The notes under the pieces: model-generated
Seen by the model: only the letters and a program-made list of their open reading frames with translations
The model's database searches: none
What the model was told of the DNA's origin: nothing
Sequence record: MK573636
Reading direction: 5' to 3' (one strand)
Source of the DNA: Escherichia phage vB_EcoM_PHB13
Length of the DNA: 64,000 nt
Shown: positions 9,307 through 19,850 of the stretch, piece after piece
Position numbering within the stretch: the stretch's first letter is position 1
How the letters are laid out: every line of letters starts with the position of its first letter
Made by a program: the position numbers and the translations under genes

Positions 9307-10775
9307 TGAAGATTGAAACATTAATCGCATTGCCAGCGGCGGGGAAAACTGATGCTATACTTTCCCACGTCCTAGAGACAAAAGAAAAAGCGGTTATTGC
9401 TTCGCCATCTCGTGTTTTAAGTGAACAATCTTACAATAAGTTTAAAAGAATGGGCGGTCGTGCTGTCTTGATCGATAGCACAAGACTAAGAAGCCTTAAG
9501 ACAGTGCAAGCGTCGATAATGCAATCAGTTAAAGACGGTGCTGATGTGATATTCATTACACATACAGCGTTATCTAATATGGAACGTTCAAAAATGTTTG
9601 GTGAATATGCTCTTTACATTGATGAAGTTCCTCAACTGGTTGAATTTAATGAGTATCCGTTTAAGTCTAATCTTGAACTTATCACGAAGCATTGCGAACC
9701 AATCGCCGACGAATCGGAATGCCTACAGAACTTAGTTCTAAAAGACTCTGAGAAGGCCGCTATCAAAGAAAAGATAGAAAGTGCAAAGGATGGTACTGAT
9801 ATGATCGATTCTTCTCTTAGAGGGCTTTATGAGGCGTTATTAGAGAAGAAAATCAACGTTATGGTAAAACATAACGAAGGACACCGGAAGAATGGGTCGA
9901 AAATTGTTTTCTTGAACGATAACAAACACGGTACGTGGGGAGACTTTAAAAAGGTTACGATAGCATGTGCAAATCTCTTTGATACATATAGCGGGAAGTA
10001 TCTACGATACTATGCAAATTGCGATTTTGTTCCGAGTGCGCTAGAATCCAGACTATATTTCAAAGAGTATAAAAATACAGATAGAGTTAATATCATCCTT
10101 ATGACGGACTCCGAACGATGGTCGCGTCACCAGTCAGAAACAAACAATACCTTTGAACGTCTTGTTGATATGGTTAAAAATGAATGTGGTGATGACTTCA
10201 TTTATACCGTGAATCGGGACCGTGAAGCGTGCACAAATGGTATTGGCGAGCGGATACCTTACGGATCTTATGGTCTTAACTCTTACATTCATCATAAAAA
10301 TGTTGCTGTGATGTTCAGCTTTAACCCTCAACGATGGGAGATTGATATTTTAAAAGGTCTTGCTAATAGTTGTGATCTCCCGACAAATGAGTTTTTGAAA
10401 GCGCGTCATGTGTCTGATTATCTGGAACCAGCATTTCAATTATGTTTGCGTTGTAACCTGAGAGACAACGAGAGCAAGGAGAATGTTAATCTATATGTTC
10501 CTGATTGGGCGTTGGTAGATTATCTAAAAACGTTTCTACCTAATGCCAATGTAATAACAGACAGAATGATTCCGCTAGAATGTGGTGAGCGTAAAGGGCG
10601 AAAATCATTTAAAAAGATGTTCGATTTTAACGAGCAAGAGAATGCAAGATTTAACGGATTTAAGTACCGCATGAAGAAAAAGGGAAAAACTCTTGATCCG
10701 TCTGACGGTGAATCAGTAGAGATGGTTAGAGTGTGGATAACTAAGCAAAGAAAGTATAATGGCAATGGGGAATAG
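9306..10775 (+). CDS. P-loop NTPase of unknown function (Walker A ALPAAGKT, Walker B LYIDEV)
   Basis: ORF track 489 aa; Walker motifs read directly; AGA/AGG-rich codon usage unlike neighbours. Confidence 0.55.
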   Translation: MKIETLIALPAAGKTDAILSHVLETKEKAVIASPSRVLSEQSYNKFKRMGGRAVLIDSTRLRSLKTVQASIMQSVKDGADVIFITHTALSNMERSKMFGEYALYIDEVPQLVEFNEYPFKSNLELITKHCEPIADESECLQNLVLKDSEKAAIKEKIESAKDGTDMIDSSLRGLYEALLEKKINVMVKHNEGHRKNGSKIVFLNDNKHGTWGDFKKVTIACANLFDTYSGKYLRYYANCDFVPSALESRLYFKEYKNTDRVNIILMTDSERWSRHQSETNNTFERLVDMVKNECGDDFIYTVNRDREACTNGIGERIPYGSYGLNSYIHHKNVAVMFSFNPQRWEIDILKGLANSCDLPTNEFLKARHVSDYLEPAFQLCLRCNLRDNESKENVNLYVPDWALVDYLKTFLPNANVITDRMIPLECGERKGRKSFKKMFDFNEQENARFNGFKYRMKKKGKTLDPSDGESVEMVRVWITKQRKYNGNGE

Positions 10776-10815
10776 CCCGAAAGGGTTATTTCCTAAATAA
10801 TAGCGAGGGTGCGAA

Positions 10816-11349
10816 GTGTCTGATTATGTAAACAATAAAGAGCTTTACGAAGAAATTTGCCGTTGGAAACAACAAATTGCAGCAGAAGGTCGGCAAGTTC
10901 CAATGAGCGATCAAATCGGCCTAGCAATTATGCAAATCTCTAAAAATCTATCACGTCGTTTTAACTTTTCTGGTTATAGTCAAACATGGCGCGAAGAAAT
11001 GATCGACGACGGAATCGAAGCGGCGGTCAAGGGTTTGATTAATTTTGACGAGACAAAGTATAAAAATCCTCATGCTTACATCACGCAAGCGTGCTTTAAT
11101 GCTTTTGTACAGCGCATTAAAAAAGAGAGAACAGCGACAGCCGCAAAATACAAATATTTTGTGCATCATGTATATGACGAACGCGACGCTGATATGTGCC
11201 AGATTGCTGATGAGGCATTCATACAGGACATTTACGATAAAATCAACAACTACGAGGAATCGGTCAATAAACCGAAAGCGCCAAAGGTTGAAGATGTATT
11301 GACTGAGGAATTGCCTAGCCTGGACCAATTTTATGAGATTGAAAATTAA
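10816..11349 (+). CDS. 55: late-transcription sigma factor gp55
   Basis: strong similarity to T4 gp55 ([22 protein letters not shown]; C-terminal clamp-binding tail [10 protein letters not shown]); GTG start. Confidence 0.85.
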   Translation: MSDYVNNKELYEEICRWKQQIAAEGRQVPMSDQIGLAIMQISKNLSRRFNFSGYSQTWREEMIDDGIEAAVKGLINFDETKYKNPHAYITQACFNAFVQRIKKERTATAAKYKYFVHHVYDERDADMCQIADEAFIQDIYDKINNYEESVNKPKAPKVEDVLTEELPSLDQFYEIEN

Positions 11350-11566
11350 CATTTCCCGTTTGCTGGAAGAAGCAGAGTTTGAAACTGACCTCGTGCCGTA
11401 TTTCGCCAAATTATTTTTGAGAGATTGCGGCGTTCCGGTGATTATCGATCCGTGCAATATCAAATCACCGGATCTTGAGGTCTTGACGGGTACAATCTCA
11501 CATAGCTATAATGTATCAGAAGATGAATTTTCTTTAATAATTGATTATATCCCAGAGGTAAAATAA
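11333..11566 (+). CDS. hypothetical protein
   Basis: ORF track, 77 aa. Confidence 0.35.
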   Translation: MRLKINISRLLEEAEFETDLVPYFAKLFLRDCGVPVIIDPCNIKSPDLEVLTGTISHSYNVSEDEFSLIIDYIPEVK

Positions 11567-11567
11567 C

Positions 11568-11855
11568 ATGACTTACGATGAACAGCATGACAAGATTGCA
11601 GTGAATGAAGTAGACAAAGTACAAGCAGAACTAGAGGCTAAAGCCGCTAAGAAAGCGGAAAAGATCTTGCGTAAGAACTCGCGAGAGATTGCACGACTTA
11701 AGCGGTGGGCTGAACAAGCTATCATCGATGATAACCGTGATGCGTATATCTACGCTATCGGAAAGTTACGTGATATCTACAAACAGCCACACACGCCAGA
11801 ACTGCTTTCTGCTATGTGGATTAGTACACGGCAAACGGTATTAAGTATGCTGTAA
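11568..11855 (+). CDS. hypothetical protein
   Basis: ORF track, 95 aa. Confidence 0.4.
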   Translation: MTYDEQHDKIAVNEVDKVQAELEAKAAKKAEKILRKNSREIARLKRWAEQAIIDDNRDAYIYAIGKLRDIYKQPHTPELLSAMWISTRQTVLSML

Positions 11856-11945
11856 TGGCTTTATAAGGGAGACTCCGAAAGGGGTTTCCCTTTTTATTTT
11901 TCTGTGATATAGTGAGAGCATCGAAAACGAAGAGAGGAAGAGACT

Positions 11946-12971
11946 ATGAAAATTTTGCTTTTAGGTGATCTGCATACTGGCATCGGTGGCGATGATCCGT
12001 GGGTGCATGAGTATATTTTAGACACGATCAAGAAAGCTGTTGATTATTCTAAAGAAAATGGTATTAAGATATGGATTCAAACAGGGGATTGGTTTGATTG
12101 TCGCAAGGCTATCACACATGAAACCATGAAATTTAACCGTACTAAGGTCATCCCATTACTGGAAGAGGCAGGAATCACCTGTTATATCACGGTCGGGAAT
12201 CATGATATGTTTAAACGCAATAAGATCCAGCCTAACGCGCCGCGTGAAGTGTTAAGCCAGTATGATTGCATTAAGGTTATTGATAAGCCAGAAACAGTTA
12301 CCTTTGATGGGGTATCATTCGACCTGTTCCCGTGGTTTTGTGATGACAATAAATCCGAGGTTTTAGAGTTTATTCAAAATTCATTCAGCGAATATTGTGT
12401 AGGCCATTGGGAATTGTCCGGCTACTATTTCTATAAAGGGTTAAAATCCGAAGGTTATAGCGCGGACTTCCTCAAGAAATACCGTGAAGTGTTTTCCGGT
12501 CACTTTCATACTATCAGTGATGGCGGTAACGTAACGTATATTGGCACACCATACACACTAACGGCTGGCGACGAAAATGATCCGCGTGGTTTTTGGGTAT
12601 TCGATACAGATACACACAAAAAGGAGTTTATCCAGAATGACAAAACTTATCATGTGCGTATCACTTACCCGTCAGATGATAAAATCGATGTAGAACGCTT
12701 TAAAGGGCTTAGTGTGCGCCTAATTGCAACGGTCGCTGATAATGGGTTAACTAAGTTAGAAAGCGCGTTAGAAGCCGTTGTGCATAAGCTAAAAGTTGTC
12801 CATAAGCTGGAGAGTAGCGCATCACAGGAAACAGGTGTTATTGAAGTTAAAAGCACTATTCAGATGGTCTATGAATATCTGGAAGAACAAAACCTAGAAC
12901 CGGAAGAACTTGCGGCGGTCAAGCGTATTTCTGATGAACTTTTAGCCGAAGTAAATAACGCAAAAAGTTAG
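11946..12971 (+). CDS. 47: recombination endonuclease subunit gp47 (Mre11-like)
   Basis: phosphoesterase motifs LLLGDLHTG, GDWFD, GNHD; synteny 55-47-46. Confidence 0.85.
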   Translation: MKILLLGDLHTGIGGDDPWVHEYILDTIKKAVDYSKENGIKIWIQTGDWFDCRKAITHETMKFNRTKVIPLLEEAGITCYITVGNHDMFKRNKIQPNAPREVLSQYDCIKVIDKPETVTFDGVSFDLFPWFCDDNKSEVLEFIQNSFSEYCVGHWELSGYYFYKGLKSEGYSADFLKKYREVFSGHFHTISDGGNVTYIGTPYTLTAGDENDPRGFWVFDTDTHKKEFIQNDKTYHVRITYPSDDKIDVERFKGLSVRLIATVADNGLTKLESALEAVVHKLKVVHKLESSASQETGVIEVKSTIQMVYEYLEEQNLEPEELAAVKRISDELLAEVNNAKS

Positions 12972-13000
12972 TTGACGCGGGGAGAAATCCCCGTTATACT
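12972..13000 (+). promoter_or_regulatory. early promoter TTGACG / TATACT with stem-loop CGGGGA-gaaa-TCCCCG in spacer
   Basis: read directly. Confidence 0.45.
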
Positions 13001-13025
13001 CTCTAAAAATTGATTGGAGGTTGTT

Positions 13026-13271
13026 ATGGTTACTAATGCACTGAAAGAAATCAACGAAGGTTTGTCGAAATTCACTAAGATCCATGTATTTGAGGTTGTG
13101 CGAGATGGTCAGTATATGCTATCATTTCGGTCTAACTATGGTTTATGGACTCATGACGAAATCCCATTTGATCGTGAAAATATCACCAAAGAGTGGCTAA
13201 CAAACATCGTATCCCGTAAGGTTGCTGATATTACCCAGAATGTTATTGCTCGTGAATCGTGGAGTATGTAA
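13026..13271 (+). CDS. hypothetical protein
   Basis: ORF track 13014..13271, ATG start. Confidence 0.4.
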   Translation: MVTNALKEINEGLSKFTKIHVFEVVRDGQYMLSFRSNYGLWTHDEIPFDRENITKEWLTNIVSRKVADITQNVIARESWSM

Positions 13272-13272
13272 A

Positions 13273-13590
13273 ATGAAAACACTTGCACAAAAAGTAGTAG
13301 AATTTAATGCAGCTTTGCCTATGTTTGCTCGACGTAAGGGGATCTCCGTTGATGTATGGTATTCTAAAGAGCATGAAGAAGTTCGGATGATGGTCGAAAA
13401 GCGACTCACCGATACTACTGTTAAGTGTAAGATTCGCTCTATTCCTCGCGCGGAAATAGAATTTGATGAAAGCTATTACTTTACGCTGCGTCATGTGCTG
13501 AAACAAGCAGTGGATGAACTTTTAGAAGACCTGAAACAATATGAGATTGAACGAGGAACATATTATGAATACGACTATGGTCGCGGCTGA
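13273..13590 (+). CDS. hypothetical protein
   Basis: in-frame ATG within track ORF 13222..13590. Confidence 0.4.
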   Translation: MKTLAQKVVEFNAALPMFARRKGISVDVWYSKEHEEVRMMVEKRLTDTTVKCKIRSIPRAEIEFDESYYFTLRHVLKQAVDELLEDLKQYEIERGTYYEYDYGRG

Positions 13591-14137
13591 TTCTGATTGG
13601 TTGGTAATGGAACATTTTATTAAATTGGTGCACACATACACACTAAAACAATCACATTGCAAGAATCCGATCTATGGCTATCTGAAAGCGCGTATTGCTA
13701 AAATGTGGGGTCAGCCAGTGGTTAAGATGTGGTATGATGACGGTTATCGTCGTTACCTTAAAGTGATTCATCCACAGGATTTGATGGTAACTATGGACAT
13801 TGGCGACTTTGTAAAAGACAAAGTAGAATCCATTATTAAGAGTGTGGTTGGTGAATATAATCCGATTGTATATGGTGCTTTCGTACAGTGGAAACAATCC
13901 AGCAAGTATTATTTTCCGAATACTCCATTGACGTTAACAGGTTGGATCTCTGTCATGCATAGTGGGGTATTCCTGGAAGCGTCAGAGACAATGTATAAAG
14001 GGTATATTCTCCCGCATCGACTGGTGAAATGTGATTACCGCTTGACTGTAGGTGAATTTCGCGATATTCTGGAACAGCAAGCGGAAGACCTGCAAGGTGA
14101 AATTGAAGAATTTTTAGAGGAACATAAACTAAAATGA
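13565..14137 (+). CDS. hypothetical protein
   Basis: ORF track 13541..14137, start at ATG after SD. Confidence 0.45.
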   Translation: MNTTMVAADSDWLVMEHFIKLVHTYTLKQSHCKNPIYGYLKARIAKMWGQPVVKMWYDDGYRRYLKVIHPQDLMVTMDIGDFVKDKVESIIKSVVGEYNPIVYGAFVQWKQSSKYYFPNTPLTLTGWISVMHSGVFLEASETMYKGYILPHRLVKCDYRLTVGEFRDILEQQAEDLQGEIEEFLEEHKLK

Positions 14138-14397
14138 TTCTATCGATGACCTACCTTAGACACAGGGTTATAGAAGGTCTTCGCGAATATCTGGCATTGA
14201 ATAAAGGGATTTATGTTGATCCCTTTATGACATATGATCCTGCGACACTGGATTATGTGATCATGTTGCCAGATCGCAGAGACACATTAGTTAAAGTGAA
14301 GGCGGCAAGTGTTTACAACATTGATGAAGATGTGTTAGCATTTAATATTATGGAATGTGTGATTGCGGAGTGGCTTAATGGCAAAGTTAAATTTTAA
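14134..14397 (+). CDS. hypothetical protein
   Basis: ORF track, 87 aa. Confidence 0.4.
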   Translation: MILSMTYLRHRVIEGLREYLALNKGIYVDPFMTYDPATLDYVIMLPDRRDTLVKVKAASVYNIDEDVLAFNIMECVIAEWLNGKVKF

Positions 14398-16060
14398 AAC
14401 CTTGCGCTATCAAAATATAATGAGCGTGGGTGCTGAACCTGTTGAGATTCAGCTAGACGGATTCAAAAAGACACTAATCACTGGTGTCAACGGTGCTGGT
14501 AAATCGACCATGATCGAGGCGCTTTGCTTTGTGTTGTTCGGTAAACCGTTTCGTAGTATCAAGAAAGGCCAATTGATTAACAGCGTCAACAAAAAGAAAC
14601 TGTTAGTCGAAGTCTGGTTTGAACTGGACGGGAAAGAGTTTTATATCAAACGTGGTCAAAAACCGGAAGTATTCGAAGTGCATCGAGACGGTCAAAAGAT
14701 CGACGAGAGCGCAAGCACCAAAGACTTTCAGGAATATTTTGAAGGTATCATAGGAATGAACCTAGCCAGCTTTAAACAGATCGTTGTTTTAGGCACTGCT
14801 GGTTATGTTCCGTTTATGAGTCTTCCGGCAGCGGGTCGCCGTAAACTGGTCGAGGATTTGCTTGATATTGCTACGCTAGGCGAAATGGATAAACTGAATA
14901 AAGCGTATGTGCGCGAGATAACCCAGAATATCCAAATGCAGGAAATGAAAGCTAATCACGTTCAGCAACAAATCAACACTCATAAAAAGTACATAGAGGA
15001 CGCGAGCAAGGCTAGTGCCGAGAATCTACAGCGTTTGCAGAATATGTATGATAAAGAGGTAGAATCGGCTAAAGCATTTAAAGCCGAAGAAACGCGCTTG
15101 ACCGATGAGCTATTGGCTGTTGTTATGCCGGAAGATCCTAGCGCGGCATTGGCTAAAATTAATACGGCTATCGCACAGATTGGTGCGCAGATCCAGAACT
15201 TTGACCGTGTTATCCATATGCACGAGAAAGGCGGGATCTGTCCTACGTGCACACAACCGATCATTCAAGGTAATGATCAAGCTGTACGCGAACAAAAAGC
15301 ACAAGCAGAACATAAACTGTCTCTGATTGACGAGAAACGCGTAGAATACGCAGAGAAGGCCAATTCTTTCCAGACAGCACAAACTAAGGTCTTGGAAATT
15401 AAACGCGCTATAGAGTCACAGAGAGCGAATTTAACAGCATCTGTAGGTCGGGCTAAACAGATCCAGAAAGAAATTCAGGAATTACAAAAAGAAAGGGTTG
15501 ACAATTCCGAAGAACTTGCTAAACTGGAACACGAACTGGTAGAGATTACTAATGAAAAATCAAAGCTAGTTCTTGAAAAATATCACCGTGGATTTGTAAC
15601 AGAAATGTTGAAGGATTCCGGTGTTAAGGCGTCTATCGTCAAGAAATATATTCCATATTTCAATGATCGGATTGCGTATTATCTTGATATCATGGAAGCG
15701 GATTATATCTTTACGCTAGATGAAGAGTTTAACGAAACAATCAAATCACGGGGGCGTGAATCGTTTTCGTATACATCGTTCAGTCAAGGCGAAAAGGCAC
15801 GTATTGACCTTGCGATGCTCTTTACATGGCGTGATGTTGCTGGTAAAGTATCTGGTACTAATATTTCTTTGTTGGTGCTCGACGAAATTTATGATGGGGC
15901 TACGGACGTTCAAGGCGTAAAAGCACTTGATTCCATCATTGACAAATTAGATGATAACGTGTATATTATCAGCCATCGTGACCATAACCCTGATGATTTT
16001 AGCCGTCATCTCAAGATGGTTAAACGTGGGCGATTCACTGAAATGAATGTTAACATTTGA
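14378..16060 (+). CDS. 46: recombination endonuclease subunit gp46 (Rad50/SbcC-like ATPase)
   Basis: Walker A GVNGAGKST, zinc hook CPTC, signature FSQGEKARIDLA, Walker B LVLDEI; T4 gp46-like. Confidence 0.85.
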   Translation: MAKLNFKTLRYQNIMSVGAEPVEIQLDGFKKTLITGVNGAGKSTMIEALCFVLFGKPFRSIKKGQLINSVNKKKLLVEVWFELDGKEFYIKRGQKPEVFEVHRDGQKIDESASTKDFQEYFEGIIGMNLASFKQIVVLGTAGYVPFMSLPAAGRRKLVEDLLDIATLGEMDKLNKAYVREITQNIQMQEMKANHVQQQINTHKKYIEDASKASAENLQRLQNMYDKEVESAKAFKAEETRLTDELLAVVMPEDPSAALAKINTAIAQIGAQIQNFDRVIHMHEKGGICPTCTQPIIQGNDQAVREQKAQAEHKLSLIDEKRVEYAEKANSFQTAQTKVLEIKRAIESQRANLTASVGRAKQIQKEIQELQKERVDNSEELAKLEHELVEITNEKSKLVLEKYHRGFVTEMLKDSGVKASIVKKYIPYFNDRIAYYLDIMEADYIFTLDEEFNETIKSRGRESFSYTSFSQGEKARIDLAMLFTWRDVAGKVSGTNISLLVLDEIYDGATDVQGVKALDSIIDKLDDNVYIISHRDHNPDDFSRHLKMVKRGRFTEMNVNI

Positions 16061-16277
16061 CAGAGTAACGCAGCCGGAGTTAGAATTGTATACCTTAATC
16101 AATCTATATTCCGGTGAAGAATATGTAGTTAGTATGGGGGATATGAAAAACAGCATATACAGCGATGCAGACATAACAAAAATGTTGTCTTGTCGTCATC
16201 ATGAGTTTATGCTGGTCCCCAACTTTGATAAACTTGATTACCCTGATGCTGGGGTTGCAACAAACTTTAGAACGTGA
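16047..16277 (+). CDS. hypothetical protein
   Basis: ORF track, 76 aa. Confidence 0.3.
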   Translation: MLTFDRVTQPELELYTLINLYSGEEYVVSMGDMKNSIYSDADITKMLSCRHHEFMLVPNFDKLDYPDAGVATNFRT

Positions 16278-16307
16278 TATACTGATTTTATTTTGGAGAT
16301 TAATATT

Positions 16308-16685
16308 ATGACTACTTCCGCAAACCTGGCTAAAATTACTGTAGCAGACATTCAGAACAAGAAAACCAGTCTCGAATTTGACCGAGCAATGAACAAGATC
16401 CGTAAAGCGTGGGTACTACAAATGCCAGAAAGCGAGAAAGCTAAAATGAAGGTTATCCCGCAGCAAGCACGCTTTGAACTGTACGCGCATATTGATGATA
16501 TGGTGCAAAAAGAATGGATCGCGGCAATGCGCAAGTATTACGATGATTCAATTGCTAAAGGCGCTAAAACTATTCGAGGTAAAGATATTCTCGAAAAGGG
16601 TTATCAGATTGACACCGATGAACTGCTGATTGAAGCCGCTAGCGTAGTAGTAACTCGTCTGATCGCAATTGCTGATGGGAAGTGA
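16308..16685 (+). CDS. hypothetical protein (occupies the T4 rpbA/45.2 position)
   Basis: ORF track 16293..16685; position only. Confidence 0.4.
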   Translation: MTTSANLAKITVADIQNKKTSLEFDRAMNKIRKAWVLQMPESEKAKMKVIPQQARFELYAHIDDMVQKEWIAAMRKYYDDSIAKGAKTIRGKDILEKGYQIDTDELLIEAASVVVTRLIAIADGK

Positions 16686-16689
16686 TAGA

Positions 16690-17067
16690 ATGAAACGTAT
16701 GAGCTTAAAAGAACAATTAATGTTTATCGACCTTGACTATAAACTATTCCCGATACCGTTTGATTATGTCAAACGTGGCTGTGTGGTTAATTTTGATATT
16801 GGAACCGATAGCAACATTTGGCATTTTGTTGTTGATGAGTTTGTTGATAATGTGATTCGTCGTAAACTTGCGTTTGATGTTCGTGGTGATCTGGTATATC
16901 TCGAAGGTAAGAAGACCGCAAAGAATCCTGTTACTGTCTATGCTCTGCAACAATACTTGACAGCATACATTGGATTTAAGTATACTCATGCTATTGATGA
17001 GCAAGCTGCGGAAAACTTCCAAAACAAAATGCTCAAGATTCGTAACGAACACGCAGTAAACCCATAA
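16690..17067 (+). CDS. hypothetical protein
   Basis: ORF track 16669..17067, ATG start. Confidence 0.4.
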   Translation: MKRMSLKEQLMFIDLDYKLFPIPFDYVKRGCVVNFDIGTDSNIWHFVVDEFVDNVIRRKLAFDVRGDLVYLEGKKTAKNPVTVYALQQYLTAYIGFKYTHAIDEQAAENFQNKMLKIRNEHAVNP

Positions 17068-17099
17068 TTAATTGATTAACATGATAAGGTGATTTGAAT

Positions 17100-17786
17100 A
17101 TGAAACTAACTAAAGAAACTGTTGCGATCCTGAAAAACTTTTCCGCTATTAACCCAGGTATCATCCTGAAAAAAGGAAACGTCCTGATCACCAAAAACAT
17201 GACAAACGTTGTATATGGTGAAGCGACTCTGAATCAAGAACTGGAACACGAAATCGGGATCTATGATCTTAACTCTTTCCTGGGCATTCTGAATCTGGTG
17301 GGCGATGAAGCAGATATTACGGTTGATAACCGCACCGGAAACATTCGTGTGTCTAATGATCGTCTGAAAATTAATTATCCTGGTGCTAGTGCTGCTGCTA
17401 TCGTATCACCGAAAGGCCGAGTTACTCCACCTGCAAGCGATGTAGATTACGAACTGAGCAACGACGATCTGAAACAGCTTATGAAAATGAGCAATCAGCT
17501 TAAAGTGGATCGCCTTGAATTTCTTCCGATTGATGGTCGTCTGATGATCAAAGGTTGGGAAGAGATTGACAAAAATAATCCTAATGAGATGTTTTGTCTT
17601 GATATGGGCGAATATACCGGAACCGCAGACTTCCATTTCTTTATTCGTAAAGATAACATGAAACTGGTTGCTACTGACTTCGGCGATTACAAACTTAGCT
17701 TCACTCGCCGTAAGGCTGTATGGCTGGCAAGTGAAACCGTATCTTATATGATCGCGTGTGACCTTGACTCAAGCTACACCGACTAA
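17100..17786 (+). CDS. 45: sliding clamp gp45
   Basis: N-terminus MKLTKETVAILKNFSAINPGIILKKG resembles T4 gp45. Confidence 0.9.
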   Translation: MKLTKETVAILKNFSAINPGIILKKGNVLITKNMTNVVYGEATLNQELEHEIGIYDLNSFLGILNLVGDEADITVDNRTGNIRVSNDRLKINYPGASAAAIVSPKGRVTPPASDVDYELSNDDLKQLMKMSNQLKVDRLEFLPIDGRLMIKGWEEIDKNNPNEMFCLDMGEYTGTADFHFFIRKDNMKLVATDFGDYKLSFTRRKAVWLASETVSYMIACDLDSSYTD

Positions 17787-17793
17787 TATAATA

Positions 17794-17822
17794 TTTGTGG
17801 GGAGTGTAAATACTCCCCGTTT
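17794..17822 (+). terminator. hairpin GGGGAGT-gtaaat-ACTCCCC plus T-run after gene 45 (terminator or promoter stem-loop)
   Basis: read directly. Confidence 0.4.
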
Positions 17823-17851
17823 TAATGATGTAATTTGTGAGAGGTGATTAT

Positions 17852-18826
17852 ATGCTGAGTGTTAATGAAAATGAGTTTCAGTGGGAACAGAAATACCGTC
17901 CGAAATCAATTTCTGAATGTATTCTGCCGGAAGCAGATAAAAAGATCTTCGCGCAGATTGTTAAGCAAGGCCGAATCCCTTCTATGATCCTGCATAGCCC
18001 ATCGCCAGGTACTGGTAAAACAACCGTTGCTAAGGCGCTTTGCGAAGATGTGGGTGTTGATTATCTGTTTGTTAACGGCGCAGATTGTAAGATTGATTTT
18101 ATCCGCGATGAGATTACACGCTTTGCGCAGAGTGTATCACTCGATGAAGAAAAACGAGAAAAAGGCAAAGTTGTTATTATCGATGAGTATGACCGAGCGG
18201 GGTTGGCTGACGCTCAAAGACACTTGCGTAGTTTCTCTGAGGCATACTCAAACAACGTGACATTCATTATCACAGCAAACGATCTAGAAGGTATTATCCC
18301 GGCATTACGATCTCGATTTGATCCCATCACGTTTGGATCTCCGACTAAAGATGATCAGCTTCGCATGATGAAAGAAATGATCGTCCGGTGTAAAGCAATT
18401 CTTGATAAAGAAGGTGTACCAGTAGAAGAAATGCGCGTATTAGCGGAATTGGTTAAGCAGAACTTCCCAGACTTCCGGCGCGTAATGAAACTTTTGGACC
18501 GCTACGCTAAACATGGTAAAATTGATGCTGGCGTATTGAGCATGGTTATCGAAAGTAGCAATACCGAAGTAACCGATGTGGTGGAAGCACTTAAAACTAA
18601 ACAGTTTGCTAATGTGCGTAAACTCGCACCACGCTATACCAATACATACGCTCAATTTGTCAAGAAACTTTATAATGAGTTGTATACTCAAGTTAAGCCA
18701 GCTTCTATTATTCGTCTCACTGAGATTATCGGTGAAAATAATCAGATGTTTGCGCACGCGGCTGATAAAGAGATTCACATTGTCTTTTTGTTAATGCAAT
18801 TAATGGTTGAATTGGAGTTCGTATAA
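17852..18826 (+). CDS. 44: clamp loader large subunit gp44 (AAA+)
   Basis: Walker A SPSPGTGKTT, Walker B IIDEYD; T4 gp44-like. Confidence 0.9.
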   Translation: MLSVNENEFQWEQKYRPKSISECILPEADKKIFAQIVKQGRIPSMILHSPSPGTGKTTVAKALCEDVGVDYLFVNGADCKIDFIRDEITRFAQSVSLDEEKREKGKVVIIDEYDRAGLADAQRHLRSFSEAYSNNVTFIITANDLEGIIPALRSRFDPITFGSPTKDDQLRMMKEMIVRCKAILDKEGVPVEEMRVLAELVKQNFPDFRRVMKLLDRYAKHGKIDAGVLSMVIESSNTEVTDVVEALKTKQFANVRKLAPRYTNTYAQFVKKLYNELYTQVKPASIIRLTEIIGENNQMFAHAADKEIHIVFLLMQLMVELEFV

Positions 18827-19404
18827 TGTTAGGTCAATTTTTCGGTGAAGATGATACACAATTAAACGAGCATGAAATTGCATGGCGCTCTCGTGATTGG
18901 GAAAAGGTGTCTGAATTAGCTGACACATTCACCGAGAAAACCGACAATGCATTGTTTGCTCTGATGGATCATATCACCTTAGATAAACAGCGTGTTAATG
19001 TGGGAAACAATTCTGCATATAACCAGAGATGGATTAATACCGCTCTTTCCCAGCACGCAGATTGCCTATATAGCGCGTATGTGATGAATTTAATCGGTCA
19101 TGGCCTCCCAGATCAAATGCATTTTGATTATCTCTTACAGAGTATTTCTAAGGGGAAACGATACGGTAAATGGGCTAAACTAACAGAAGAATTGGACCAA
19201 AAATTGGTTTTAATGGCAGTGGCGAAAGCATATTGTGTAAATATGGATGACGCCCGGTTTTATCTCGATTTGGCTAATGAAAAGGGATATATGGACAAGT
19301 TATTGAAGCACATTAAACCGTATGCGACCGATGAACTTTTGGCGGGTGTTACTAAGAATCAGACAGAAAGGAAACGACTTAAAAAGATTATAGAAAGGTG
19401 GTAA
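18826..19404 (+). CDS. 62: clamp loader small subunit gp62
   Basis: size and position between 44 and regA. Confidence 0.7.
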   Translation: MLGQFFGEDDTQLNEHEIAWRSRDWEKVSELADTFTEKTDNALFALMDHITLDKQRVNVGNNSAYNQRWINTALSQHADCLYSAYVMNLIGHGLPDQMHFDYLLQSISKGKRYGKWAKLTEELDQKLVLMAVAKAYCVNMDDARFYLDLANEKGYMDKLLKHIKPYATDELLAGVTKNQTERKRLKKIIERW

Positions 19405-19405
19405 A

Positions 19406-19768
19406 ATGATTGAAATTAATTTGATTAGTCCTGAAAACTTCCTTAAAATTAAGGAGACTTTAACCCGCTGCGGCATTGCCAACAATCGTGACAAGACCCT
19501 GTATCAGTCTTGTCATATTCTCCAGAAGAAAGGGCGCTATTACATCGTTCATTTCAAGGAGTTGTTGAAATTAGATGGTCGTAGTGTTAAAATGACGTGG
19601 GAAGATGAATTACGCCGTAATAACATTGCAAAACTTCTTGCGCAGTGGAATCTGTGTACCCTGATTGATAGTGATTTTGAAACTACCGAAGTTAATAATT
19701 TCCGTGTACTGTCTTTCAAACAGAAAGAAGAGTGGACGCTGATCGAGAAATATCAGATCGGACGCTAA
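19406..19768 (+). CDS. regA: translational repressor RegA
   Basis: near-identical to T4 RegA over N-terminus (KETLTRCGIANNRDKTLYQSCHILQKKG). Confidence 0.9.
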   Translation: MIEINLISPENFLKIKETLTRCGIANNRDKTLYQSCHILQKKGRYYIVHFKELLKLDGRSVKMTWEDELRRNNIAKLLAQWNLCTLIDSDFETTEVNNFRVLSFKQKEEWTLIEKYQIGR

Positions 19769-19780
19769 GATACTGATGGG

Positions 19781-19818
19781 ATAGGGGTATTGACAAACTA
19801 AGTCGATTCCCCTATAAT
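19781..19818 (+). promoter_or_regulatory. early promoter TTGACA-18bp-TATAAT flanked by inverted repeat ATAGGGG ... CCCCTAT
   Basis: read directly. Confidence 0.45.
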
Positions 19819-19850
19819 GAGTGTCTTTCGTAAGTGAAGGAGTTTATATT

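Noticed and set aside
10951-11463. 170-aa minus-strand ORF inside gene 55
   Set aside because: Antisense to a confidently identified conserved gene; low-complexity translation.
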